Shown piece after piece: positions 26,720 to 43,425 of a stretch of DNA of 64,000 nt. The stretch covers positions 118,978,001 to 119,042,000 of the forward strand of contig OZ024745.1 in assembly GCA_964016885.1 (NCBI GenBank), read 5' to 3'. The DNA is from Eledone cirrhosa. Taxonomy: Eukaryota. Both the position numbers and the translations under genes were made by a program. Under the pieces are notes generated by a model. It did no database searches, was not told the origin of the DNA, and saw only the letters and a program-made list of their open reading frames with translations. Position 1 is the first letter of the stretch. The number at the start of each line of letters is the position of its first letter.

Positions 26720-27500
26720 CATCCAACCAACCAACCATCCAACCATCCAACCAACCAACCATCCAACCAACCAACCATCCAACCAACCAACCATCCAACC
26801 AACCAACCATCCAACCAAACATCCAACAATTCCAACCATCCAACCAACCATCCAACCAACCATCCAACCAACCAACCATCCAACCAACCTACCAACCAAC
26901 CAACCAACCATCCAACCAAACATCCAACAATTCCAACCATCCAACCAGCCAACCATCCAACCAACCAACCATCCAACCAACCTACCAACCAACCAACCAA
27001 CCATCCAACCAAACATCCAATAATTCCAACCATCCAACCAACCTACCAACCAACCTACCAACCAACCAACCAACCAACCAACCATCCAACCAACCTACCA
27101 ACCAACCAACCATCCAACCAAACATCCAACAATTCCAACCATCCAACCAACCATCCAACCAACCAACCATCCAACCAACCTACCAACCAACCAACCAACC
27201 AACCAACCAACCAGCCATCCAACCATTCAACCAACCAACCAACGATTCAACCAACCAACCATCCATCCAACCATCCAACCAACCAACCAACGATTCAACC
27301 AACCAACCAACCACCCAACCATCCAACCAACCAACCAACGATTCAACCAACCAACCATCCATCCAACCATCCAACCAACCACCCAACCAACCACCCACCA
27401 CCCAACCATCCAACCAACCATCCAACCAACCACCCAACCAACCACCCACCCACCACCCAACCACCCAACCATCCAACCAACCATCCAACCAACCATCCAA
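26720..27500. repeat. (CCAA)n/(CCAT)n tetranucleotide tract
   Basis: Direct inspection. Confidence 0.95.
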
Positions 27501-27784
27501 TAATTCATTTATTTATTTATTTATTCTTATTATTTCAGGTATATGTATGTGTATGTATTTTGTCCATGTATGTAGATACATATATATTTATGTGATAATG
27601 TATATGTCTACGTACTTTTTAAGTATATGCGCGTGGTTGAGTGTGTGTATGTTTATATATTTATTGTTTTTGTATATATGTATGTATAATTTTCTTCTTC
27701 TTCGCCCGTTGTTTTCTCAGCCTCACTATCATATTTCTTATATTTTGTTTTCAAATCCATATTTAATAAAAACACCATGTTTTA

Positions 27785-27842
27785 TTCATTCTGACGACTG
27801 AAAACAGATATATCTGCTTTCAAGAAACCACTGGTAAATGAA
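27785..27842 (+). ncRNA. Hammerhead ribozyme motif
   Basis: TTCATT-CTGACGA-C TGAAA A CAGA TATA TCTG C TTTCA A-GAAACC ACT GGT A-AATGAA. Confidence 0.8.
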
Positions 27843-28214
27843 ATAATCATCTTATGTTATTTATTAAATAACTATATATATATATATACAAATTCCCTCG
27901 ATATTCGCGTGTGTTACATTCCTAGAGCACCCGCGAAGAGTGAAAAACTGCTAATATTGGACGTGGACCATAAAAGTGCCTAAACACGTCAAAATATAAC
28001 GTAAAATATTATAAAAAAGAGGGAGCGTCTTATACGAAGTGGCATCCAATAGGCCGGCAAAAACGGTATATTGTTATTAATAATTTAGCGTTTAAAAAAT
28101 TAAAAAAATATATATTGCCATGAAAAAAGCCATTACAAATTGCGATAGATAATTACGATTCCGCGGTCTAAGCAAAATTCCGCGAATAATCGGGACTACG
28201 AATGTCGGGGTACG

Positions 28215-28272
<58 letters not shown>

Positions 28273-28639
28273 AAGGATGTGTGGTAAGGGACCAGATGGA
28301 CTATAACGCACCAGAGTACTCAATACTTAGGGTAGTAGAGTGGGTAATAGCGGTCTGTACTACTGGGGTTTGACCCTTTGGGGGTAAGGAGTCCATCGTC
28401 TCGGTACAATCCACCGCCGAGTGCAGGAAATATTTCGGTGGGTATTTTCATACACAATCCTTAGAATTTGCTGTATAGATTTCACTTTCAACGCTTGACC
28501 GGCTTCACCACTCCCTCATTGTTCTACAGGCAAGTTCAGCCACCCCACCTCCCACACACTGTCATGATAGACTTAATTGCGTTTACAAGAAAGTTTGACC
28601 AATCCTCTTGACAAGTACAATCTTCCCATATAAGGAATT

Positions 28640-28735
28640 ACCCCTTGAAAAGTTCGGCTATTTATTTACGACGCTAAAAATTCTAATTTAGTCCAGAAAT
28701 AGCCTTCGAAACGGCTTGAGTTCAGCCGTCGGGGT
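28640..28735 (+). ncRNA. Decayed hammerhead ribozyme of family X
   Basis: ACCCC-TTGAAAA (mutated core)-..GGCTATTT..AAATAGCC..-GAAACGGCT TGAGTTC AGCCGT C-GGGGT. Confidence 0.55.
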
Positions 28736-28747
28736 CAAACATTTTCT

Positions 28748-31370
<2,623 letters not shown>

Positions 31371-31526
31371 ATTAAAATAACAGATTAAAGTTTAAGCAAA
31401 GAATCGGTGCTTTCACCCTTAACGGTTGTTCTGAAACTAATTTTTGCTCTACGTTTGTTATATATTTTATATATATTTATCCTTATCGAGCCCTCTTTGG
31501 ATTTTAGTCTTCAAATTTATTATTAT

Positions 31527-31596
<70 letters not shown>

Positions 31597-31611
31597 TTAT
31601 ATATATGTGTG

Positions 31612-31647
<36 letters not shown>

Positions 31648-32439
31648 ATACTTGTGGAGGGTCATATTGTAATAATATTGCCAGAAATAATTACAGAACA
31701 CACTCATTGTTTGGTTGGTTTTAGCTTCTGCATCTTTTATATCTCCATAGTTAATCCATTCCACAATCAATGTTTAACATTGACTGACCAACGGTCAACA
31801 ATACAGATATAAATACATATATATAGTCTAACAAAGTTCTTTCGTTGCACATCTGCAATATCGTAGTACCACTGATGATGTTGCAACATACGTCACAACA
31901 TTCGTCCAGGAGAGAAGAAAGCTACCAAATCAAACCTCTGCTTTCTTGCAGGTAGTATTGGGTGCTGAAGACTAGGAGAAAGGAACTCTAATATAAAACA
32001 TTCTGTTGATACATTCAGAAGTCATCTTGATCTTTTCTCACCATAACAGATACTTTGAGAGTGTTATTCCTACTGTATAAGTGTCTGTCACTGTAATCTT
32101 TATGAAGTAGCGGTATTTTTGTGACTATTTTATACTTTTCAAAGCCAGTATTATCAACGCTGGCCCTTAAAAGTTATTTGGTGTTAGGCCCATGAAAAGT
32201 ATGCAGAGTTAATGGTTTGAAAGCAGCCATAACTTGCATAATACGTAGCAGTAGATTTATTTCAACATCTTATTTATAGATCTTTTACAGTATAATGAAT
32301 TTTCTGTATATGAGTTGCCTCATTTAAGGAGCTGGTTACCCAACCAAATTCTGACATTGCTAGTAAGTTAACTGCGGCTGATGGATATTCATTCCACCAG
32401 TAGCAAGTACAGTATATGTGTAAACCAACAAAAGATACA

Positions 32440-34190
32440 TCTACACACGTGCTCGTGGAATGTGAGAATATTATTGTATAAGAAAATCGATAGAAGGCCG
32501 TATTGCAGCTGAGGAAAGTCAATGAAATTGGTTGTGAGCAAGACATAACTGGGTGTGGGCAAGGCATAACTGGGTTTGGGCAAGACATAATTGTGTGTGG
32601 GCAAGGCATAACTGAGTGTGGACAAGACATAACTGAGTGTGGGCAAGACATAACTGAGTGTGGGCAAGGCATAACTGGGTTTGGGCAAGGCATAACTGGG
32701 TGTGGGCAAGGCATAACTGGGTTTGGGCAAGACATAACTGGGTGTGGGCAAGGCATAACTGGGTTTGGGCAAGACATAACTGGGTGTGGGCAAGGCATAA
32801 CTGGGTTTGGGCAAGACATAATTGTGTGTGGGCAAGGCATAACTGAGTGTGGACAAGACATAACTGAGTGTGGGCAAGGCTTAACTGGGTGTGGGAAAGG
32901 GTGTGGGCAAGGTATAACTTTGACAAGTAATAAAGTACATGAAAAACACATGGGTGCTGTTGTTTTTATGAACAGGAAGAACCCAAATGTTTAACAGGAT
33001 GAGCTGCCATCCGCTGTAGTGAGCGAATCATTAAATTACGTTTGTCGCTCCCTTGTCGGTGTCATGAGACGTTCCTTTCATTTCTTTATACGTCAAATCT
33101 TGACTCAACGAAATAGTCATTATCTTATAAGAAATGCCACAGAAAAGTCACTTGTTTCTATCCAAACTGGCAACAAAATCATTCTGTCTAATAGCTTTAA
33201 TGCCAGGCTAGTTCTTGATCGTTATACATAGTGTAGTTTCTGGCAAAAGGAACAATCATAGTTTTCGTCTGTTGCAGCCATGTTCTGAACAGGGTCTCAT
33301 AATAGTAGTACCCTGTTTCAACATAAGCTTAACAATAAAGTCATATCGTTACCTTGCTCATAGTGCATAAAAGTGAAATTTCTGATCTCTGTAGCGTAGA
33401 AATCTTAGGTGAAGTTACGTGTGGTATGGATCACTATCTTGTACATGTCAAGCTGAACCTATGTGTTAAAGTTGAATGTTGTCAAATTCTGAGATCCTGC
33501 AATATCTAAATCTCTTCGGCAAGCTCTTGTTTATTCAAATCCTGATGGCTCAAGAATAGATTGCAAACAAAATGTTTATAGCATCTCTGCCGATGCTTTA
33601 ACATACGTAAACACAAGGATTGGTTCAATGCAAATAATTAACAATTATCTAAGCTCCTAGACATTAAGCATAAATTGCACCGGAAATTGATTAATTTACC
33701 TGAAAAGAAACGTTTGACAACAGAAGTATCCCCGAGGCATCATAAATCTATATTGTATAGAGAATTGAGGAACACGATGTGTATTTACAGATCTTCACAT
33801 GGGTTTTGATAAAAAGGATTCCAAAACAATATACGGCTTGTTAAAATAGATATATGGATCTCTGCCAATCATCTATTGTTCTTGTTCGATATAAAGTTGT
33901 GTGTACTTTGATCAATGGCACCGAAGGTATTTTGAAGCGATTGACAACGCATTTCACAGATCCTTTTCATAACACAGCCACAATAGATGCAAATGTTATA
34001 GAAGAATTTCTTGGGCACCATGTTATTGAAGAAACGGTATTACTTCCACAAAAGGGAAGGTCAAAATTGGCATTAAACAAGATCAAATCAGAAAAAGATT
34101 CAGAAATTGATGGTATGAGATCTGAGGATATTCAGTATGGTAGCAATGGAGTGAGTTTATGACCATTTTCAATGTCAACACGTGGAATGG
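32440..34190 (+). mobile_element. Highly decayed RTE-clade LINE (APE endonuclease to start of RT)
   Basis: SWNVRIL, ERIIKLRL, NKIILSNSFNARL (cf. DKIILLGDFNARVG), ALNKIKSEKDSEIDGM (cf. AIKQLKSGKAPGIDGI). Confidence 0.7.
32530..32915. repeat. 21-bp minisatellite inside the RTE relic
   Basis: Unit GGGCAAG(G/A)CATAACTG(G/A)GT(G/T)T, about 18 copies. Confidence 0.95.
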
Positions 34191-35172
34191 TTCACAAGTT
34201 CTACTATATATGTATATGTCAATTTATAGATATAAATTTTCACTACAAGCCATATCCCTGTTTCTGATTGATTACAAGGTGATAAAACATCAAAATTATT
34301 GAATGCCATTCAAGTATACACAATCAACTGATCGAACCTTAACAAATAGACAGACTTTGATGTATTTATATTTAACGTTATACATTAGAATTGCTCCTAC
34401 AGGGATATCAAAACAATCGTTGACAGAGAAAAAATCCTACCAAGAAACAAACAAATAGAATAAACAAACAAATAAATTCATAAATGAAAATTACATCTTT
34501 TCTGGAAATAATGAGAAGAAGGGACACGTATGTCATCAACTTAATTATCACCGCTTCTTAATTATTTAAGAGTGCGAGTGTGTGTCTGTGAAACATATAT
34601 ATACACCAGGTCCTAACACAAAGGAACCAAATTCCCACTGTCACTGCCTCCGTCCCTCCCATTCTCCCCATCTCTCTCTATTATGAACAAAACGGTGGCC
34701 CACGCGCTGGCGGCCTCACGGCTCCGGCAGATAGAACAGAGAAGGCGTTTCCCCATTTTTAGTAGCTTGAGAAATCTAGGTATTGACTCAAATTCTATCG
34801 CTGGTTATTGTCTAAAGAGGATGTTTCCGACCAGCGAGTCAACATACTCTTTCTGTTATCAGACGGTCAGATAGCTAAAATGATAGATATATCATTAACA
34901 GAAGCAGGCATTTAATGCTCCCACTAAAATATAATTTAACAGAAGAAGGAAAATATCTAAATGGCAACTGTAAGAAAAACAAGAGCTCTAGAATTGGTCT
35001 TGCCTTCTTAAAGGTTAAGTCGTGAACTGAAGGCTTTAATACAACGTTTGAGTGCTTTCCAAGCAATCCTGCTGGAGTGGGTAAAAACTATCCCTCGACC
35101 ATTTCCTCCCAGCGTTGGGGATTAACATCACTGATACAGCCCAGATCGGCCATATCAGGATTGCTGTAAACA

Positions 35173-35251
<79 letters not shown>

Positions 35252-35347
35252 AATATAAATTAGCGATAATCGTATTTCGGCTATTGGAAATTAGCGAAAA
35301 ACAACTTCCGAGATATGTGGCAAGCGCTCAATAAATTCTAACGAACC

Positions 35348-35414
<67 letters not shown>

Positions 35415-35970
35415 GGTACGTTATTCCGGGTTGAGTCGGAGGTAACCACAGTAAGTAAGGTACTCAATACATAGCAGAGTATAAAAGTTTTAATATAGAT
35501 GAGATTCTACAGGACTAGAACTGTTTCATTCTTTAGAAATCATACCTGGAATATAACTTAAGAGAAATTTGAAGATAATGATATAATAGGCACCCAATAT
35601 TTTGAACTGGTCTATAGAATTCTTTTGGCCTTTGTAACTCTAAGTAGAACTTTAACGAATTAGCTTTTAAAGAATTTCCCTTTTCTTTAAATCCTTCAAC
35701 CATGGCCGACCCCCAACGAACTTATAGACACCTGGAATATAGGCACTGTTAGCTTAAGAGAAACTTAAAAATAAGGAGTGGCACCCCAATCTGTACTTGT
35801 TTACAGAATTCTTTCTGCCTTTGTCACTCTAAATATAAATTATAGCTTTAAAGAATTAGATTTTAACGAATTCCGTTTTCTATCAACCAATTACCTCCAC
35901 CCATCCCACTCCCCACCCTCTCCTACCACCTGAAAAGACCTATATATACCACTTTTATTTTTGGATACCC

Positions 35971-36021
35971 AGATTCCTGATGATTTCTAAAGAATGAAAC
36001 AGTTCTAGTCCTGTATAATCT
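35971..36021 (+). ncRNA. Hammerhead motif in inverted repeat 35482-35548 / 35975-36040
   Basis: AGATTC-CTGATGA-T TTC TAAA GAA T-GAAACAG TTCTAGTC CTGT A-(T/G)AATCT; the left arm restores the stem I pair. Confidence 0.72.
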
Positions 36022-36035
36022 CATCTATATTAAAA

Positions 36036-36082
<47 letters not shown>

Positions 36083-36189
36083 GTATATATATATGTGTGT
36101 GTGCGTATACACATACGTATATGTACACACACAAACATTCACACTCATCTCTCTCTCTCACTTTCTCTCTCTGTATATATCTATATATT

Positions 36190-36223
<34 letters not shown>

Positions 36224-36276
36224 TATATCTCTCTATATATATATATCTGTATGTATATATATATATATATATGTGA

Positions 36277-36307
<31 letters not shown>

Positions 36308-36315
36308 AATATATA

Positions 36316-36534
36316 ATAATTGTTTCTACTTTAGGCACAAGGCCAGCAAATACCCAGTAAATTATTGGTACTTTATTTTATCGACCCCGAAAGAATGAAA
36401 GGCAAAGTTAACCTCGGCGGGATTTTAACTCAGAATGGCAAGGGCCGTAATTCTATGCGTCAAAGCATGGCGTCCGACCCTCTACCGATACTGCCAATCC
36501 ACCGCCATTCATGAAATAAATATATATAAATATG

Positions 36535-36568
<34 letters not shown>

Positions 36569-36802
36569 AATATATAATAATAATAGTACTATATATAGTT
36601 ATGTATATAGTATAAATAACTGCTTCTACCTTAGGCACAAGGCCAGCAATTATCCCAGTGCATTACTGGTACTTTATTTTATCGACCCCGTAAGGATGAA
36701 AGGCAAAGTTAACCTCGGCGGGATTTGAACTCAGATCATAAATGGAGGTAACTCTATGCTGCAAAGCATTGCGCCCAACCCTCTACCAATACTGCCAATC
36801 CA
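36316..36802 (-). mobile_element. Two tRNA-SINE copies (36316-36506, 36615-36802)
   Basis: Family match. Confidence 0.85.
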
Positions 36803-37005
36803 CATAAATAACTATAAACAGGAAGGTCAGTAATTTCTTATTACCTTATTACCAATAAGAGAAATATATCAATGTTTTATACATCAGTGGTTTTACAGAG
36901 CAGGAAAATAAATAAATTATACAATTATCAAAGTTGTGTTCAAATCATTTAATAGCTGACAATCGTTTCTTCCAAACTCTCGTTTGAGGTCATCGGAGCA
37001 TTATC
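36803..37005 (-). mobile_element. Solo copy of the pLTR of the PLE at 702-3368
   Basis: Reverse complement of about 702-892, including the hammerhead motif. Confidence 0.85.
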
Positions 37006-37160
37006 AATGTTTGTACCTATAATTAACCTCCTATTCAACTGAACAATAATATAGATACATATAAATTGATGTATATATATATATATATATATTATAATTT
37101 TGATTTTTCACTCAGGAGTCAAATACAATTATTAAGCTCTAAGAAATACTTCTGTGCATT

Positions 37161-37464
37161 ACAGTACAATTTAATATAAAATTATGATCAACACTAATGT
37201 CTGTTTTTTGCAAATTGACAATAATTTAGCCAGATAGAAATACCTTAATTCAAGTACATATAGTCCGCCTGTATCGATCTAAAAAATAATAAATCTATAC
37301 TTACAGACGTAAAATTTTACGTCTGTAAGTATAGATTTATTATTTTTTAGATCGATACAGGCGGACTATATGTACTTGAATTAAGGTATTTCTATCTGGC
37401 TAAATTATTGTCAATTTGCAAAAAACAGACATTAGTGTTGATCATAATTTTATATTAAATTGTA

Positions 37465-37468
<4 letters not shown>
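37161..37468. repeat. Near-perfect ~300-bp palindrome
   Basis: Centre GACGTAAAA|TTTTACGTC at 37314/37315, no spacer. Confidence 0.9.
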
Positions 37469-37556
<88 letters not shown>

Positions 37557-37557
37557 G

Positions 37558-37644
<87 letters not shown>

Positions 37645-37854
37645 CAGTATGTATATATATAAATATGTGTGTGTGTATATATATATATATATATACATAT
37701 ATACGTGTATAGCAGTGGTTACCAACAGTTAGTGTGTACTAACTGTTGTGTAACCACTTCTACCTAACTGGTCCCATGGACTGAGTGCTCTACCACTACG
37801 GATATTACCTTCCAGTGTTCTACCACTATATACGTATATATATATATATATCTG

Positions 37855-37920
<66 letters not shown>

Positions 37921-37921
37921 T

Positions 37922-38275
37922 AATATTATTAAAAATATTAATAAATGAAAAATATTCTCATATTCTCATACTCAAAATATATATTTTATTATACATATTT
38001 CAAAGGTACAATGGTGTTTAAGTACGTTTTCATCCGATAAAATATATAAGATTGGATATGCGACATACGGCTACGGTTTTGAATATTCAATTCCAATAGT
38101 GGCAGTATTGGAATTGAATAATCAAACCGCAGATTGGATGTTGCATATCCAATCTTATATATTTTACCTGATGAAAACGTACTTAAACACAATTCTACCT
38201 TTGAAATATGTATAATAAAATATATATTTTGATTATGAGAATATATTTGATTTATTAATGTTTTAAATAATATTA
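37922..38275. repeat. Inverted repeat with family-Z-like hammerhead (38161-38221 +, 37982-38043 -)
   Basis: CTGATGA-AAACGTAC..TACCTTT-GAAA TATGTA TA-ATAAAAT. Confidence 0.75.
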
Positions 38276-38333
38276 AATACTACAGGAAATACTTGTCGAG
38301 TGGTTCTAATCTATTGTAAAATTGCATTAGTTG

Positions 38334-38395
<62 letters not shown>

Positions 38396-38446
38396 GTATG
38401 TATATGTATATATATATATATGAGTGTGTGTATATATATATATATG

Positions 38447-38960
38447 TCGGGTCACTCATGAGTGCTACTGGTAACATGTAACCCAATACAACCTGTCGCA
38501 TGGTTGGGTCGTCGGCGACTAAACCGGCAACCCCACCAAGTTTACTTGGTGAGGAGTGTGATTTGGACACCCTGCAGGACAAAAAAAACAATACCTGACA
38601 AAGGGCGGAAGACCTCATAAATATCAACGGCCATCCAAAAGTGTGTAAACATGTACATATGTATATATATATATGTATATACATGGGTGCATGTGTATGT
38701 ATATGCGCTGGGACATAGAAATAATCGGGCTGGACACCCGATCGCTCGGTTAAACCAATGGGAGTGAAGGACGCCTAGCCTTTGTAAGGGCATTCTTCTC
38801 GGAGAAGGCAACTAAGGAAACTGGGATAACTCCGATATAAAACCTGTGGCTCAATAGTTATGTATGATGTTGTTCTTTTCTTCTTTGCGGGTTATAGCTA
38901 CTGTCGCTCAGAGAGTGTGATTGGCTCAGTGCACAGTCTTTCCTCTCTTTAAAAAATATC
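38447..38960. repeat. Dispersed repeat (inverted copy 56630-57045), probably retroposon-derived
   Basis: GTGCTACTGGTAACATGTAA..GTCGGCGACTAAAC..TTTGGACACCCTGCAGGAC shared. Confidence 0.7.
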
Positions 38961-39116
38961 TTCATGCACTGGCATTGCACGATAGAATTAATTAATAATC
39001 ATTAATAATGGTATATACTCAATAACGAGGAGACAGCCATCATATATATATATCAGTATATATATATGTATGCATATATATATATATATGCATATATATA
39101 TATATATATATATATA

Positions 39117-39181
<65 letters not shown>

Positions 39182-39229
39182 ACAGATTATATATATATAT
39201 TTCTATATATATACATACATACACACACA

Positions 39230-39270
<41 letters not shown>

Positions 39271-39485
39271 GTAGGTATATATATATATACACACAGTTCA
39301 AGAGTAAACCAATCTTAAATAGAGAGATGGAGAGAGGAGAAGGGAGATTGGTGAAGGTATTAGAAGCCAAAAGCCTAAAGGCGTGTGCTCAATGTACAAT
39401 ATCCAGTGGGAAACAGCTAGAGAACTGGCTTCATGCAGAGATTAGGTGCACAGAGCTGGAAATATTCATTATTTAAGCAAATCAA

Positions 39486-39675
39486 GGGCGGTAGATTGGC
39501 AGTATCGGTAGAGAGTCGGACGCCATGCTTTCCAGCATAGTTACGTCCCTTTACGATCTGAGTTCAAATCCCGCCGAGGTTGACTTAGCCTTTCACCCTT
39601 ACGAGGTCGATAAAATAAAGTACCAGTAATGCACTGGGTAATTGCTGGCCTTGTGCCTAAAGTAGAAACAATTAT
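39486..39675 (+). mobile_element. Full-length tRNA-SINE with target-site duplication
   Basis: A box TGGCAGTATCGG, B box GAGTTCAAATCC; ATTTAAGCAAATCAAG duplicated on both sides. Confidence 0.9.
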
Positions 39676-39804
39676 TTAAGCAAATCAAGACCACAATATT
39701 CACATGGAAGACGCTAGTTAAAGAATGTCGACATTAGTTGCAGTTTAATGTAAAGAATAAATAGTGTTAACATTAATTGTAGTTTAATGTAAGGAATAAT
39801 AATA

Positions 39805-39990
39805 ATAATTGTTTCTACTCTTGGCACAAGGCCAGCAATTACTCAGTGCATTACTGGTACTTTATTTTATCGACCCCGTAAGGATGAAAGGCAAAGTTAA
39901 CCTTGGCGGGATTTGAACTCAGAATGGCAAGGGCCGTAACTCTATAGTCAAAGCATGGCGTCTGACCCTCTACCAATACTGCCAATCCAC
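39805..39990 (-). mobile_element. tRNA-SINE inserted in the PLE 3' pLTR
   Basis: Absent from the sister pLTR at 43214-43250. Confidence 0.88.
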
Positions 39991-42900
39991 CAATTGTTTC
40001 ACTACTCCATATAATGTTTCTGGATCAATTGATTATTAGATCGTTATTGATCTCGTTCAGAGAAAGATAAGTAACTTAAGTTATATTATGGAGCAGTTCT
40101 TCAGAACGTCAGATGAGATAATGAAAATATTGATATAGATAAAATGGAATAAGAAATATAAAATAAAATAAAATAAGAGGGTTACGTGTCCGTAAAGATT
40201 GCTCAGATTGGCAGTTCCCGAAAAGGGTCTTGGAGGGCTCAAATGTCTGCTATAAACAAGCATTTCGCATCTGATGAGGCTATAGTAAACAAAATCTGCC
40301 TATGCGTAACAAGATGGCTACTTTTAGGAAATTTATCTTATTAAGTAGAGACGGGTTTCAAGGGAGGTAACTCATTGAAAAGTTAAATTCACAAACTTTT
40401 TATAAACAAACATTTTATAAAGATAATGCAAAGGAGCTTAAATGTAAGATAATGCAAGGGAGGTAACTTATATGTGTTTAACTGTAGGGCTAAAATCTTA
40501 ACATGTTAGTTATATGTAAGGGCGAGATTAGAGGACTAGGTTGGGTCGAATATTCTGTTAGCGAAGGAATTCGCCCTACGATGGTGGCAGTTAATAACTA
40601 ACTAATTTCTGTCGTTAATAGGTGGTGGGCGTGACATAGTTATGTGATAGGCCTCGGTAAGACAGAGATCGCAACAGTTTCTTCGTCCATTGAACGCTGG
40701 AGATCTAGCCAAGATATCCCAGGTTAGTGAATGTTCAATGTTGGCTATTTTAAGGTTTTTAAGGAGCCTAGCTAGAGATGTTGAGCATCTATTGCTAGGG
40801 TCGCGGAAGGAAAATGAGTGCGCATTATAGCGTACCTTAAAAGGGTTAGAGATAGAGCCAATATAGGAGCTAGTATGTGATGCCGTTCTAACTGTGCACC
40901 TATATACTATATTGGGCGTAAGTTATTGTCCGTTAAGTGGGCACGCATTAGGGTAACGGCAATTGCAATTACGGTTGCGATTAGTAAGAGTAGGGTTGAT
41001 TAAACTATGCGGCTGGTGTGTACTAATAGGATTGGAGGGGGGGGGGGGATATGCTGCTAGAATAAGTATTGGTATGGTTGCGTGGTGTATTTATGGGGTG
41101 TGGTGGTACCGTGGTGTGGGAGTTATATTTTTTTTAGTTTATGATGGTTGGTGAATGCTATGTGGCTAGCTAGGTTCGGTGTTGTGGAGAAGGAGATTTT
41201 AATATTGTTTTTATTAAAGAGTTTGTAATGCCTATGGTTGGGGAAATGTTTAGATAGGATGGAGAAGAAACGTTTAGGGATGTTAGGGGCTAAATTAGAT
41301 GAGAGGGGGGGGGGGGGGCTTAAGCCAGGTGATTTTTCTAGGCCTATTACTTCTAGGGGGTCTAGTAGAATTGGCGGAGGCCTTAATAGGGTTATTATTA
41401 CCGAGGCGTTTGCTATTGGTCATCCTATTATCTATTCCTATTCTAGGGTTGATTCTGAGTCTGCTACTAGGGGTGGGAAGTAGGCCTCTGCCACTATTAC
41501 GGTTCCCTGTATAGGTGTTGTTAAGCCTAAAGTTCCAGCGTATCTGGCTAAATGCTATTGTGTTTCTAGTTCTAGTGTTAAATTTATTATAGTTGTGGTG
41601 AAGTGCTGTGTTATGGCATTTAGGTATGTAGTAGATAGACTGTTCATAACCAGATTCAGAAAGGGCCTTATTATAATATGCCGCGTGGGTCTTAATGTCT
41701 CCTCATTTGCGGATAGCATGGAGATCCTATATGAGATAGATTTAATGACCGCTCTGATGACTGCCGGTGGGTGGTTAGAGTGCGGGCTAATATATGTAAG
41801 TATTTCACCTGGTTTATGATAAGGGTAATATAAATTATTATTAAGATCTAGGGTAACGTCCAGGACATTTACTACTTTATGGTTCGGTTCGATGGTGATA
41901 GAGAGACCGTTATTTAAAAAAAATCTATGTAATTGTTTTTTGAGCAAATCAATGCCTCGATCAGTGCAATTGTGGACTGCAAATAGGGCGTCGTCCCTAT
42001 ATATTACACCTTGCAAGGGTGGGATGTCAGCTCTGATGTTATGTAAGAGGTAGATCCCAACTAAGTCAGTGATTTGCGCAGAGTCGCTTAAGCCCATTGT
42101 GACATCGAAGTTGTCTGTTCTGTCCTTTCTTGTCCAGAATGAGCTCTTGAACTCAATAACGGTCTGCCTAGCCATAAGGATGATGTCAATCTCGTTATTA
42201 GTTATGTCTGAATTAGTGCTAGCTAGGGTTAATGCTTTGTTAAGCAGTGCCGGGGATATTGAAGCGTCGTAACTGTCAATGTCAAATTGGAGAAACTTCA
42301 TCGAATCTTTGGATCTTAGATCTAAGAACCATCTAATCACTTGGCCGGTGTTAGACCACAGCTTGTAGGTTATCCCATCTCGCATCACAGGGATGATCCT
42401 ATCGAGAATGTTCTTGCTGATACGACCCAAGCCAGATGTGGTCGGGCTTATAAGCCTAATAGATGGGTTCTCAATAAAGCTTGGCTTGTGATCCTTGAGA
42501 GAGAACCTTGGAGTCGTGGGTAATAAGTGTGGGTAAATCTATCAAGATGTAAATCCTTAACCAGAGCCTGGGCTTTGTGGTTAAGTAAATTTACACTGGA
42601 GGGTATAGTTTTTTTATAGTTCTTATTAAGCTCCTTAAGAAGGAAAGAGTTGTAAGTTTCAGGAGGCATTGTATATAGATTTTTAGTTTTATCGGACATA
42701 ACATGTATAGGGTGGCTATTTTTAAAGTTTTTGATTGTTGTTGCTAATTTTGTGAGGAAATTATTATTATGCCGATTCTGATTGTTGAATATAATGCTTC
42801 TGATGAGATTAAATAAATCCTTCTCAAATGGGTCCAGCAGGATGTTGTGTGGAGCGTTCTCTACTTAATAAGATAAATTTCCTAAAAGTAGCCATCTTGT

Positions 42901-43105
42901 TACGCATAGGCAGATTTTGTTTACTATAGCCTCGACAGATGCGTAATGCTTGTTTATAGCAGACATTTGAGCCCTCCAAGACCCTTTTCGGGAACTGCCA
43001 ATCTGAGTAATCTTTACGGACACGTAACCCTCTTATTTTATTTTATATTTCTTATTCCATTTTATCTATATCAATATTTTTTTTTTTTTTCATTACCTCA
43101 TCTGA

Positions 43106-43229
43106 CGTTCTGAAGAACTGCTCCATAATATAACTTAAGTTACTTATCTTTCTCTGAACCAGATCAATAACGATCTAATAATAGATTGATCCAGAAACAT
43201 TATATGGAGTAGTGAAACAATTGTAAACG
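43106..43229 (+). ncRNA. Hammerhead ribozyme with about 97-nt extended stem II in the PLE pLTR
   Basis: CGTT-CTGAAGA-ACTGCTCCATA...TATGGAGTAGT-GAAAC AATT GT A-AACG. Confidence 0.78.
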
Positions 43230-43383
43230 GACATTATTATTATAATTATTCCTTACATTAAACTGCAATTAATGTTAACACTATTTATTCTTTAGATTAA
43301 ACTGCAACTAATGTTGTTACTCTTTAACTAACGTCTTCCTTGTGAATTTTGTGGTCTTGATTTGTATGAACATACATATATCT

Positions 43384-43425
<42 letters not shown>

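Larger units (their letters stand above)
39290..43364 (-). mobile_element. Penelope-like retroelement, 5'-truncated, bounded by inverted pLTRs (39680-40350 / 42860-43364)
   Basis: SDKTKNLY, FLQFDIDSY, FDVTMGLSDSAQITDLVG, IYRDDAL, PYHKP..HSNHPP, CNCR..CPLNG, YIG, CDLC, NCHHR; terminal segments are reverse complements. Confidence 0.92.

Noticed and set aside
25959-27508. Poly-Val, Gly-rich, WLVG and QPTN ORFs
   Set aside because: Products of (ACC)n and (CCAA)n tracts; no splice or domain support.
27888-28217. Possible pogo/Tigger-like MITE remnant
   Set aside because: Terminal inverted repeats too degenerate to support by eye.
31870-31910. CTGATGA followed by a hairpin
   Set aside because: No GAAA..UH or stem I complement downstream.
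32274-32994. Cys/Pro- or Gly/Gln-rich repeat proteins
   Set aside because: A 21-bp minisatellite open in several frames, lying inside a dead RTE element.
40270-40300. CTGATGAGGC as a hammerhead core
   Set aside because: No matching GAAA/stem III arrangement, and not conserved in the sister pLTR.
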